Shown here one piece after another: positions 1 to 6,758 of a DNA stretch of 20,000 nt (within the stretch, counting starts at the first letter, position 1; every line of letters starts with the position of its first letter). This DNA is from an uncultured virus (IMG/VR IMGVR_UViG_3300020196_000019). Its lineage: Duplodnaviria > Heunggongvirae > Uroviricota > Caudoviricetes. Position numbers and translations under genes: made by a program. The stretch is from the IMG/VR virus record IMGVR_UViG_3300020196_000019; one strand, given 5' to 3'. The notes under the pieces were generated by a model that had not been told where the DNA came from, ran no database searches, and saw only the letters and a list, made by a program, of their open reading frames with translations.

Positions 1-2
1 CG

Positions 3-122
3 AATCGGATTGCCGAAGAAAGTGACGGCGGGGAGTGGACAGAGGATTCCAACGGCAAGTGGATTATCAATGACGAACTTACTCACTTAGTAGACACCAC
101 AAATAAGGAGGAGCAGGTATGA
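3..122 (+). CDS. 3' end of a hypothetical protein (partial, NRIAEESDGGEWTEDSNGKWIINDELTHLVDTTNKEEQV*)
   Basis: Open frame from the window edge to TGA 120-122; ATGA overlap with the next gene. Confidence 0.6.
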   Translation, partial: NRIAEESDGGEWTEDSNGKWIINDELTHLVDTTNKEEQV

Positions 123-253
123 AAATAAACCAAATCGAAACCAATGAGCTACGCAAGCTCAAGGAAACACTCGAGGGCAAGAATCAACAGGAGTCCGTGT
201 ACTTCCGTCACGTAGCGGAGGAACTGGCTCGCCGTACGGAGGTACAGAAATGA
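119..253 (+). CDS. hypothetical protein, 44 aa (MKINQIETNELRKLKETLEGK...RRTEVQK)
   Basis: Not in ORF track; AAGGAGGAG SD upstream; ATGA overlaps at both ends. Confidence 0.75.
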   Translation: MKINQIETNELRKLKETLEGKNQQESVYFRHVAEELARRTEVQK

Positions 254-426
254 TCTTCGAGCGTGGCGAGTACAAGGGCAACCCAATGCTCATCATCAAG
301 CGGGACGAGAAAGACCGCTTCCCTTTCAGCCTTGGCCTCAAGAAAGCCGAGATGTTGTTAAAGGAGGATGTGCAGAAGGAACTTGAGAAGTTTGTTCTCG
401 ATAACACGGCGGGAGAAGCACCCTAA
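250..426 (+). CDS. 58-aa small protein, putative PC4/PUR-like nucleic-acid-binding protein
   Basis: Not in ORF track; MIFERGEYKGNPMLIIKRDEKDRFPFSLGLKKAEMLLKEDVQKELEKFVLDN; GGAGG SD; coupled at both ends (ATGA, TAATG). Fold assignment is inference. Confidence 0.7.
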   Translation: MIFERGEYKGNPMLIIKRDEKDRFPFSLGLKKAEMLLKEDVQKELEKFVLDNTAGEAP

Positions 427-647
427 TGGCTACATTGATTAACAAGCGTTTGTTTAAACAGCATTTGTTGAGCCTGTCGGCTCTCAATGCGTCCAAGCGA
501 AACGAAGCACGAAGGGAGATGGGTTTACTGGCGAACCTAAAGCCGTGTACCCGAGTCTCGGAAGAGACCTACAACGAGGCGACTTCTACCTTGTTGAATT
601 GGATGAAGAACCACGTCATTGAAACCAAGAAGGGGAAAACACTATGA
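426..647 (+). CDS. 73-aa basic protein, possible truncated histone-fold protein
   Basis: LINKRLFKQHLL helix, RVS motif, amphipathic helix, terminal KGKTL; translationally coupled. Confidence 0.6.
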   Translation: MATLINKRLFKQHLLSLSALNASKRNEARREMGLLANLKPCTRVSEETYNEATSTLLNWMKNHVIETKKGKTL

Positions 648-654
648 GCAAAAC
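633..654 (+). repeat. 22-bp direct repeat spanning a start codon, copy 1 (GGGAAAACACTATGAGCAAAAC)
   Basis: Identical to 998-1019. Confidence 0.9.
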
Positions 655-808
655 AAAAACAATAACACCCATAATGGTTGAGGATTGGCTTAAAAGCGAA
701 GCCTGTTCTTATCAAATCTTGGCTGACGTGGCAAATGGCAAATTAAAACCTTCAGAGTTAAAAGAAGATATTTCTATTTACATAGATAACGAAAGGAGTT
801 CACGATGA
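644..808 (+). CDS. hypothetical protein, 54 aa (MSKTKTITPIMVEDWLKSE...)
   Basis: Not in ORF track; ATGA overlaps at both ends and fills the gap exactly. Confidence 0.75.
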   Translation: MSKTKTITPIMVEDWLKSEACSYQILADVANGKLKPSELKEDISIYIDNERSSR

Positions 809-993
809 AGAAGCAACCAATCAAAAACTTTATCGCCAAGCTGGAAGCGTTGGCCGATGAGTTGCGGGACTTGCGAGATAGCAAGGTTAATCCTTGCAAA
901 GATGAAAATGTAGAGGGCGTATGCCCTTGTCACACCTTCGATCAAGCAATTGACCACATCGAAAACACACAACAGATACTTAAAACTCTATAA
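805..993 (+). CDS. hypothetical protein, 62 aa, with CPCH motif
   Basis: AAGGAG SD; ATGA overlap. Confidence 0.75.
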   Translation: MKKQPIKNFIAKLEALADELRDLRDSKVNPCKDENVEGVCPCHTFDQAIDHIENTQQILKTL

Positions 994-997
994 GAAA

Positions 998-1019
998 GGG
1001 AAAACACTATGAGCAAAAC
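998..1019 (+). repeat. 22-bp direct repeat spanning a start codon, copy 2
   Basis: Identical to 633-654. Confidence 0.9.
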
Positions 1020-1587
1020 CAAAACAAAAACCAAAAAGAAAGTTAATCCGTACGACAGCATTCCATTCGGAGCAACCGAGGAGCAACACGAAGTTCTTCG
1101 GGAATGGCTTGACCTCGATGCAAAGAGCGGAAGCGGATGGAATCCGCATAGCTACAGGGGCAAGAACGATATTCTAACCAAGCACAATCGGAAAGCCCTA
1201 CAGAGAGCCTTCGACAAGTATAAGATTAAAAACGTTGTCGTTGAGTTTGATGGATGCGGAGACAGCGGACAAATTGAGCAGGTACTTGTCAATGGAGAGA
1301 CCTACGAGAATAGAGCTTCTCAAACTGCGTACGACTTCATTAGCCACACAGGCTCCACTTATTGCGGAGACGGAACAAGAAACCACGGCTGGGCGTTGAA
1401 TCCAAGCCTGTACGATGCCATCGAATCGTATTGCTACGGCATCCTAGAGGGGGAACACGGCGGATGGGAGATCAATGGTGGCTCCTTCGGCAGTTTCAAC
1501 TTCCAGAACAAGAATGGGAAGTTTACCTGCACACTCGAAATGAACGAGCGTATTGAGGAGACCCATAGCTCCACGGAAAGCTACTAA
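1009..1587 (+). CDS. DUF6878-like protein
   Basis: VEFDGCGDSGQIE and HGGWEINGGSFGSF motifs recalled from this family; adjacent to a DUF6915-like gene. Confidence 0.75.
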   Translation: MSKTKTKTKKKVNPYDSIPFGATEEQHEVLREWLDLDAKSGSGWNPHSYRGKNDILTKHNRKALQRAFDKYKIKNVVVEFDGCGDSGQIEQVLVNGETYENRASQTAYDFISHTGSTYCGDGTRNHGWALNPSLYDAIESYCYGILEGEHGGWEINGGSFGSFNFQNKNGKFTCTLEMNERIEETHSSTESY

Positions 1588-1940
1588 TGGCAAACCCCTA
1601 CCACCACGCCGTTAGCTCTGCCAAGAAGTGGGGCGGAAAGCCCGAGGACTACCAAGCCATTCACGATTGGTTCGATGAATCAAAGATGATGATGGCGGAC
1701 TTCCGCCACAGAGCCTTGCGTCATCACGCCGAAGGGTGCTTTATGGCCGAACGTATCTTCGGGCACACGCTTACCAACGCCCTTGGTAGAAAAATACCTG
1801 TCCGCTGGGTGGCGGAACAGCACGTGAAGGAAGACCTCGGGTTTATCCCATCGATGCAAGATTGGCTGTCACAGATTCAGCCGAAGCCTTGGATGGGTAA
1901 AACCCAAAAACTACAGGAGGAACTGGCAACCGCCGTTTAA
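1587..1940 (+). CDS. DUF6915-like His-rich protein
   Basis: MANPYHHAVSSAKKWGG..DY..IHDWFDESK...DFRHRALRHH..G...AEQHVKEDLGFIP; TAATG coupling. Confidence 0.85.
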   Translation: MANPYHHAVSSAKKWGGKPEDYQAIHDWFDESKMMMADFRHRALRHHAEGCFMAERIFGHTLTNALGRKIPVRWVAEQHVKEDLGFIPSMQDWLSQIQPKPWMGKTQKLQEELATAV

Positions 1941-1945
1941 ACATT

Positions 1946-2230
1946 ATGGACTATTGGGTAAGAACACGAGACCAGATTACAGAAAACAAAAACGAAGACC
2001 TCATTGTGTTCGTTTGGACACGAGAGGAGCTAGAGGCATCCGTGGAGGATATGACGGACGATGAGTGGGAGATGTTTCTTGAGAAAGTTCGGGACACTAA
2101 CCATCCCGAAAAACTCGTTCGGCACACGAAGGCGATGAAAAGCCTTCGCCAAGCGGACGTGGACTTGGAAGCGTCTCTGTTTGATTTGGTAGAAGAAGTA
2201 AAGAAAGGAATAAAGGAGAAAAAAAAATGA
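1946..2230 (+). CDS. hypothetical protein (apparent paralog of 2227-2511)
   Basis: ORF in operon; NEDLIVFVWTREEL...DDEWEMFLEKV. Confidence 0.8.
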   Translation: MDYWVRTRDQITENKNEDLIVFVWTREELEASVEDMTDDEWEMFLEKVRDTNHPEKLVRHTKAMKSLRQADVDLEASLFDLVEEVKKGIKEKKK

Positions 2231-2511
2231 GTATGATATGCACAAAAAAGAAAATGCTGGAAAGATTGTCCTCCGTAGGGGAAAACGAGAAGATTCTATT
2301 CCTGTTTTGGGAAAAAGCGGAGTTTGATAGGGACATCAAAGGCCGAGAACTTTTTAATTCGGAATGGGAGAAGATTCTTGAAAGCGTTGAAACCGATTCA
2401 GCCGATCAACTTATTAGCGATCAAATCACCGAACAAGTAGGTGAGATTGCTTGTGAGGAAGAAGTACTAGAGAAACAAATTAAAAGATTCCACAGGAGGA
2501 AAAAGAAATGA
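2227..2511 (+). CDS. hypothetical protein (apparent paralog of 1946-2230)
   Basis: AGGAG SD, ATGA overlap; NEKILFLFWEKAEF...NSEWEKILESV. Confidence 0.8.
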   Translation: MSMICTKKKMLERLSSVGENEKILFLFWEKAEFDRDIKGRELFNSEWEKILESVETDSADQLISDQITEQVGEIACEEEVLEKQIKRFHRRKKK

Positions 2512-3014
2512 GTATTTGTAAGAAGTTCTTTGCGAAGTATTTGCCCAAGGGTGTGAAGAATAAGTGCAACCAGTTGGGAAAGCGTTATCGCCGTTTGGAA
2601 GACAGAGACGAGCGGAACGATACCGATGACTTCCACGGAAGCGATGAGCCAAGCGAAATCCGCGATAAGATTATCGCGTTGATGGAGCCAGCGGTTAAAC
2701 GCTACGCCAAAGATTTGTTCAGTCCGAAGGCGTTGGAAAAAGCTGATTACATCTCTATGGAGGGAGAGTTTGTAATGACCGAATCTTTCGGTGATGACAG
2801 CATTGAATTTTTCTGCGTAAAGCGTAGGAAATTAAAAGGGCATCTGGATGGTCTTGAACAAGGCTACGTGGCAAGCGTACGCACAAGTTATTGGGACGCT
2901 CCCGAATGGACTTGTGACGATTCCACCGCAGTTCCCACCTTGGGCGAAGCCTTCGAGTGGGGCTTCGGGGACGCTATGGCGTACCATTTTATTAGCGAGG
3001 AGGTGCGTACGTAA
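2508..3014 (+). CDS. hypothetical protein, 168 aa
   Basis: AGGAGG SD, ATGA overlap. Confidence 0.8.
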   Translation: MSICKKFFAKYLPKGVKNKCNQLGKRYRRLEDRDERNDTDDFHGSDEPSEIRDKIIALMEPAVKRYAKDLFSPKALEKADYISMEGEFVMTESFGDDSIEFFCVKRRKLKGHLDGLEQGYVASVRTSYWDAPEWTCDDSTAVPTLGEAFEWGFGDAMAYHFISEEVRT

Positions 3015-3023
3015 ATACGTACG
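3006..3023. repeat. perfect inverted repeat CGTACGTA-AA-TACGTACG
   Basis: 8-bp arms, overlapping the stop of 2508-3014 and ending just upstream of the conserved motif at 3036. Confidence 0.7.
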
Positions 3024-3035
3024 AGCTACTTATGC

Positions 3036-3076
3036 AAATGTCACGAAAAGGGACGGCAACCGCAACCTATAGGCAA
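3036..3076 (+). promoter_or_regulatory. conserved bipartite motif, copy 1 (putative ECF-like/phage-specific promoter)
   Basis: AAATGTCACG-N14-CCGCAACCTATAGGCAA; same boxes and spacing at 5851-5891; ATG at 3080. Confidence 0.65.
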
Positions 3077-3079
3077 AGG

Positions 3080-3232
3080 ATGAAGAAGACGGAAAAGACT
3101 AGGGAGAAGAACGCAAAGGCTATCGTGATTGCCCATCTTATTCTTAACGGACAACGAATTAACTTCGGGAGAGACAAAGACCTAAAGCGTAGGACTTCGA
3201 TTGCTCTCGAAACAATGATGGAGAGACTATGA
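3080..3232 (+). CDS. basic hypothetical protein, 50 aa (start revised from 3032)
   Basis: ATG directly after the conserved motif; ATGA overlap with the next gene. Confidence 0.65.
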   Translation: MKKTEKTREKNAKAIVIAHLILNGQRINFGRDKDLKRRTSIALETMMERL

Positions 3233-3711
3233 AAAATAGACTACTGAACTCTATAAAACACAAATGGCTAAAAGCCGACAAACTCGCAAAGGTTGTCAGG
3301 CGAAAGCAAGCCAAGATCGAGGAGAAGTCTTGTCATATAGAAAGCAATTTAATGAGGATTGAGGAAAAGTATCAAGAGTCGTTGGTAAAAAGCCTAACGA
3401 ATGGCGGGAAGTGGGTATTGTCTCCTTCTGATATACTTCGTGAGATTGCAAAGATTCTTACAAGAGAAAAAATAGTTTTTACCATTTACAAAGATAAGAG
3501 AAATTCCTCGAATTGGAATGATCGCTCTCCGTATTTTAATCGAATCACCATCCGTGGTTGTAGTAATGTGGACAAGATCGTGGATAGCTTTGTAAACGTG
3601 GAGCTTCACGCTCTTGCGGATGACGTGATAAATCGTAGAGATTCAAACCCTTCCACGCTTTCTTTTATTGTTAATGATTACTCAAAGGAGGGGACAAATG
3701 AAAACAACTAA
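3229..3711 (+). CDS. hypothetical protein, 160 aa
   Basis: GGAG SD, ATGA overlap. Confidence 0.75.
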   Translation: MKNRLLNSIKHKWLKADKLAKVVRRKQAKIEEKSCHIESNLMRIEEKYQESLVKSLTNGGKWVLSPSDILREIAKILTREKIVFTIYKDKRNSSNWNDRSPYFNRITIRGCSNVDKIVDSFVNVELHALADDVINRRDSNPSTLSFIVNDYSKEGTNENN

Positions 3712-3991
3712 TGCGGACGGACAAGAGCTATGGTTGCTCATAGATAAAAACTTTGAGCCTGTCCGATATAGCAGACCCTTCACCCGCTTTGGAAAAAGGA
3801 TTATTTTCTACACACGAGGAGAAGCACTCAAGAAGCAGAGCTTCGGAATGGGGAAAGCCGTGTCCGTTCGGAAGCTACGAGAGTGGGCGAAAGAAGTGGA
3901 AACGTTTAACCTAAACGATGCGAAGATTAAAAAAGAGATACTTGATGAAAACCACAAAAATGTTCAAAGGCGTTATCTCCAAAAATTATAG
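3698..3991 (+). CDS. hypothetical protein (start revised to ATG 3698)
   Basis: AAGGAGGGG SD just upstream of ATG 3698. Confidence 0.75.
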   Translation: MKTTNADGQELWLLIDKNFEPVRYSRPFTRFGKRIIFYTRGEALKKQSFGMGKAVSVRKLREWAKEVETFNLNDAKIKKEILDENHKNVQRRYLQKL

Positions 3992-4000
3992 AAAACTCAA

Positions 4001-4087
4001 ATGAAAAAGAAAAAACTTATCGCTATTCATTTAGACACCCTTCAATTTTACCTTGAAGATGCGGAGAAACAATTCCAACCTGTGTGA
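4001..4087 (+). pseudogene. 28-aa remnant/duplicate ORF (MKKKKLIAIHLDTLQFYLEDAEKQFQPV)
   Basis: 4030-4071 is 36/42 identical to 4214-4255 in the next gene (LDILESYLKDAEKQ). Confidence 0.5.
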
Positions 4088-4091
4088 CGCG

Positions 4092-4451
4092 ATGCCAAAT
4101 TACAATATGACTTGGGCAGAAAGAAGGCGAAAAATCAAGAATTGGGAACGATTTTGCAAATCGTTTCATTCCAAGCTTTTTAAGAAAAAGAAAAACGTAA
4201 TTTATGACGCTCGTTTAGACATCCTTGAATCTTATCTCAAAGATGCGGAGAAACAGCATCGAGCCACGCTCAAACAGATGAAGCGTCACGGAATCGATCA
4301 AGCGTACATCAACAATGGGTGCAAGGGGGAAATAGAGTGGGGCATCTCTGATTTGAGCTACCAAGAGGGACGCATTGAAATACTTCGGAGGGTAAAAAAC
4401 CTTCTTATGTGGGGATGTTTTACGAGCCGACCACCCGACAACAAGGAATGA
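4092..4451 (+). CDS. hypothetical protein (start uncertain: 4092 or 4107)
   Basis: ORF in operon; ATGA overlap with the next gene. Confidence 0.7.
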   Translation: MPNYNMTWAERRRKIKNWERFCKSFHSKLFKKKKNVIYDARLDILESYLKDAEKQHRATLKQMKRHGIDQAYINNGCKGEIEWGISDLSYQEGRIEILRRVKNLLMWGCFTSRPPDNKE

Positions 4452-4756
4452 GAAAACGATCTTCGTTTATACGCCATCAAAGGCAACTGCGAAGCAACAA
4501 TTCAAACCTGTGCGACGTGATGCCTAACCAAGACAGCAAGGAGCAACTCCATCTGTTGGCCTTGGCCATTTACGATGCCTTGCAACTTTGCACCGAAATG
4601 TCGAAGACCGAGGGCGTAAATATGGAGACTGATGCCGTATCTGCAATAATGAAAAAGTTTCCTGTCTTCCACCAAGAGGGAGCCCTTCGCATCTACAACG
4701 AATGGAAGACAGGCAATCCCTTTGGAAGCTGGAAGGCAGTCCTTGAAAAAAGATAG
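4448..4756 (+). CDS. hypothetical protein (start revised to 4448)
   Basis: ATGA overlap with the preceding stop. Confidence 0.7.
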   Translation: MRKRSSFIRHQRQLRSNNSNLCDVMPNQDSKEQLHLLALAIYDALQLCTEMSKTEGVNMETDAVSAIMKKFPVFHQEGALRIYNEWKTGNPFGSWKAVLEKR

Positions 4757-4778
4757 AAACGCCGTTTACCACGCCAAA

Positions 4779-4994
4779 CTACGCCGAGACCTGTACATCA
4801 TTCGGGCGGTGATTCTGCTTGGCAGAGCCGTTCACTATTGCCTTGTCTTCGGGGTTCTTCGGTTCTTGTGGGGTGGGGATTCTCACAGCGAAAGGGTTAG
4901 TTGCCCCACCGCCTACCAAGTCGTTCAGTTTTACCTTCGAGATTGGCACTTTGCGTTGCACAGCCTTTGGGATTGGTGGTGGCAACTTAACCAA
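4779..4994 (-). CDS. possible antisense-oriented Pro/Lys-rich small ORF
   Basis: Fits in the 4757-5046 gap without overlapping neighbours; TTG start, no clear SD. Confidence 0.3.
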   Translation of the reverse strand: MVKLPPPIPKAVQRKVPISKVKLNDLVGGGATNPFAVRIPTPQEPKNPEDKAIVNGSAKQNHRPNDVQVSA

Positions 4995-5009
4995 GACCTA
5001 CCAAAAAAC

Positions 5010-5039
5010 TTGCGTCTTCCCCCTCTTCCACCCTATCCT
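5010..5039 (+). promoter_or_regulatory. putative sigma70-type promoter TTGCGT-N18-TATCCT
   Basis: ATG 5047 lies 7 nt after the -10 box, implying a near-leaderless transcript. Confidence 0.45.
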
Positions 5040-5046
5040 CGGAGAA

Positions 5047-5343
5047 ATGAAAGAGGGCGGTAAGGTTGTTTGTATAAACGACGAGTGGCCAGCGGGCATT
5101 CTACGATACTATACCGATCTTCCCAAGAAGGGTCAGATTTACACCATCCGAACCATTGAGGTCGGAATTGGTTGGGACGGAACCGAAGGCGAGGTGGCAG
5201 TCACCCTTCAAGAAATCGTAAACCCCGTTTCCAAAACCCCACCGCACAGGGAAAGAGGGTTTAAACAAGAACGCTTTGCCGACATAGAGCCTCCAGAAAA
5301 GGAGACCGAGGAGGTCGAGGAGCCTCTGGAAGTTGCTGTTTGA
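5047..5343 (+). CDS. phage hypothetical protein (KVVCIND...GQIYTIR...EIVNP...RF), start revised from 4819
   Basis: Protein-like sequence starts at ATG 5047 with a promoter-like element just upstream. Confidence 0.8.
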   Translation: MKEGGKVVCINDEWPAGILRYYTDLPKKGQIYTIRTIEVGIGWDGTEGEVAVTLQEIVNPVSKTPPHRERGFKQERFADIEPPEKETEEVEEPLEVAV

Positions 5344-5370
5344 CAGCAAAAAACTACGTGATAGTACTTT
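5340..5370 (+). promoter_or_regulatory. possible sigma70-type promoter (perfect TTGACA, weak -10)
   Basis: TTGACA 5340-5345; best -10 TACTTT at 19-bp spacing; ATG at 5375. Confidence 0.3.
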
Positions 5371-5374
5371 AGTT

Positions 5375-5572
5375 ATGTCAGTCCTACGCAAATACTTAGT
5401 AAAAGTTCCCCAAAACGTTGTTTTGGTGTTTGAGGTCACAGCAGAGTCTCCCTTAGCAGCAAAAAATCTTGTTGTATCGGGAGATGTGAAAGAAGTTTGG
5501 CAAGAGGCAGGTCGGTTTGAAGAAAAAAATGTCTCCACAGATAGTTGGGGTGTCGAAGAAATTATTGACTGA
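5375..5572 (+). CDS. hypothetical protein, 65 aa (start revised to 5375)
   Basis: First ATG after the preceding stop; FEVTAESPLAA segment typical of small phage proteins. Confidence 0.75.
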   Translation: MSVLRKYLVKVPQNVVLVFEVTAESPLAAKNLVVSGDVKEVWQEAGRFEEKNVSTDSWGVEEIID

Positions 5573-5575
5573 TTT

Positions 5576-5719
5576 GTGAAAGAATTGCGGGTAGAGCAGG
5601 ATCAAGGCTCTGGGCTTTGGGTCGTCAAAAAGGGCAAATGGCGAGTCGGACAACACGCTTTTAGCGACAAAAAGAAAGCTGAAGACTATCTAAAACAGCT
5701 ACAAAAAGAGAAAAAATAA
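5576..5719 (+). CDS. hypothetical protein, 47 aa (MKELRVEQDQGSGLWVVKKGKW...FSDKKKAEDYLKQL)
   Basis: Not in ORF track; GTG 3 nt after the previous stop. Confidence 0.65.
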   Translation: MKELRVEQDQGSGLWVVKKGKWRVGQHAFSDKKKAEDYLKQLQKEKK

Positions 5720-5850
5720 CCTGTTTTTTAGTTTTTTTAAAAATCTTCGCGTTGAGTTTAAACAACTTACATTTTGTTTATTAGTTTACTTGTATAAAGA
5801 CTGACCCCTCCGAACAATTTTGTAAGTATTTGGTATTTAATTTTTTGTAT

Positions 5851-5891
5851 AAATGTCACGTTTTTGGGGTTGAGCCGCAACCTGTAGGCAA
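5851..5891 (+). promoter_or_regulatory. conserved bipartite motif, copy 2 (putative ECF-like/phage-specific promoter)
   Basis: AAATGTCACG-N14-CCGCAACCTGTAGGCAA running into ATG 5891, at the end of an AT-rich intergenic region. Confidence 0.65.
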
Positions 5892-6163
5892 TGAAAGAGT
5901 CTTACAGCGTTAAACCTGCCAAAATCAAGGCAATGGCCGAAACCGCAAAGTCGATGGCGAAGCTCTTACAGCTTTTCTTTGCAAGATTGGGCTTTTCCCC
6001 CGAAACACCGATTGCTAGGAATGCCGACCTTCCCGATGGGCTTACCCTTCACGAACTTATTTATTGGCTCGGCGTTGCCATTGAGAAGGCCGAGGACAAA
6101 GCAGAAGAAGTTTTACCCGCAGACATCGCTTGCACCTATCTGAATAGGTGGGGCATCAAATAA
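5891..6163 (+). CDS. hypothetical protein, 90 aa
   Basis: First gene after the intergenic region; no SD, probably leaderless. Confidence 0.75.
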   Translation: MKESYSVKPAKIKAMAETAKSMAKLLQLFFARLGFSPETPIARNADLPDGLTLHELIYWLGVAIEKAEDKAEEVLPADIACTYLNRWGIK

Positions 6164-6174
6164 GGAGAACTAAT

Positions 6175-6432
6175 ATGCAAACTAAAACCGAGTCGGTTGA
6201 GGAGCAGAGAAAGAAGGCTGTTCAATTTTTGGGCAGTTCTCGAGGCAATTACATTGTCGGACGTTGTTTGTACGAAACCTACCAGCGCATCAAGAACGAG
6301 GAGCCTTCCGATGCCTCTGATATGGAATACTTGGGGCACAACTTGTTTACCCTTGGATGGATTTCCGCACACGCAATGGTGGAACTCTCCAAGAGGAAAC
6401 TTAAAAAGTCGAAGCTAGGGAGGCGGAAATGA
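6175..6432 (+). CDS. hypothetical protein (start revised to 6175)
   Basis: TAAGGAG SD before ATG 6175; ATGA overlap downstream. Confidence 0.8.
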   Translation: MQTKTESVEEQRKKAVQFLGSSRGNYIVGRCLYETYQRIKNEEPSDASDMEYLGHNLFTLGWISAHAMVELSKRKLKKSKLGRRK

Positions 6433-6755
6433 AGAGAATTGCAAAGCCCGATTTCTTAAAACACGCCTCGGATTTGTATACTTCCGAGGTAGATGAAAAC
6501 CTGCAAAAAAGGGGCGGGAAGGCCATTGTTGCCTCGATTGAGGAACAAGGGGAGGAACTTGTGACCCTATGGCAACCCTTCGAGCATTGGCCTAGGGAAG
6601 AAGTTTGCGAGGCCATTGAGGATGCCTCGAAATTGCTGGAACAAATGTGGGACATAGGCTATCGTACGGCTATGGCTCAAAAAGCAGCGTCCGTGATTCT
6701 TAGTCATCCGAAGCCTAGGAAAAGAGCAAACTACAACCGAAAGGAGAAAAAGTAA
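6429..6755 (+). CDS. hypothetical protein, 108 aa
   Basis: GGAGG SD, ATGA overlap. Confidence 0.8.
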   Translation: MKRIAKPDFLKHASDLYTSEVDENLQKRGGKAIVASIEEQGEELVTLWQPFEHWPREEVCEAIEDASKLLEQMWDIGYRTAMAQKAASVILSHPKPRKRANYNRKEKK

Positions 6756-6758
6756 GTT

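Noticed and set aside
1866..1935. Third copy of the bipartite motif (TGTCAC near 1867, GCAACC near 1926)
   Set aside because: Spacing is far too long and both boxes lie inside a coding region
4030..4524. Near-identical segments as DGR template/variable repeats
   Set aside because: Mismatches are mostly C/T changes, not adenine-specific; repeats are short; no reverse transcriptase in the window
633..4527. Short direct repeats as a CRISPR array or mini-array
   Set aside because: Only pairs, spaced by hundreds of bp of coding sequence; no regular repeat-spacer period and no cas gene
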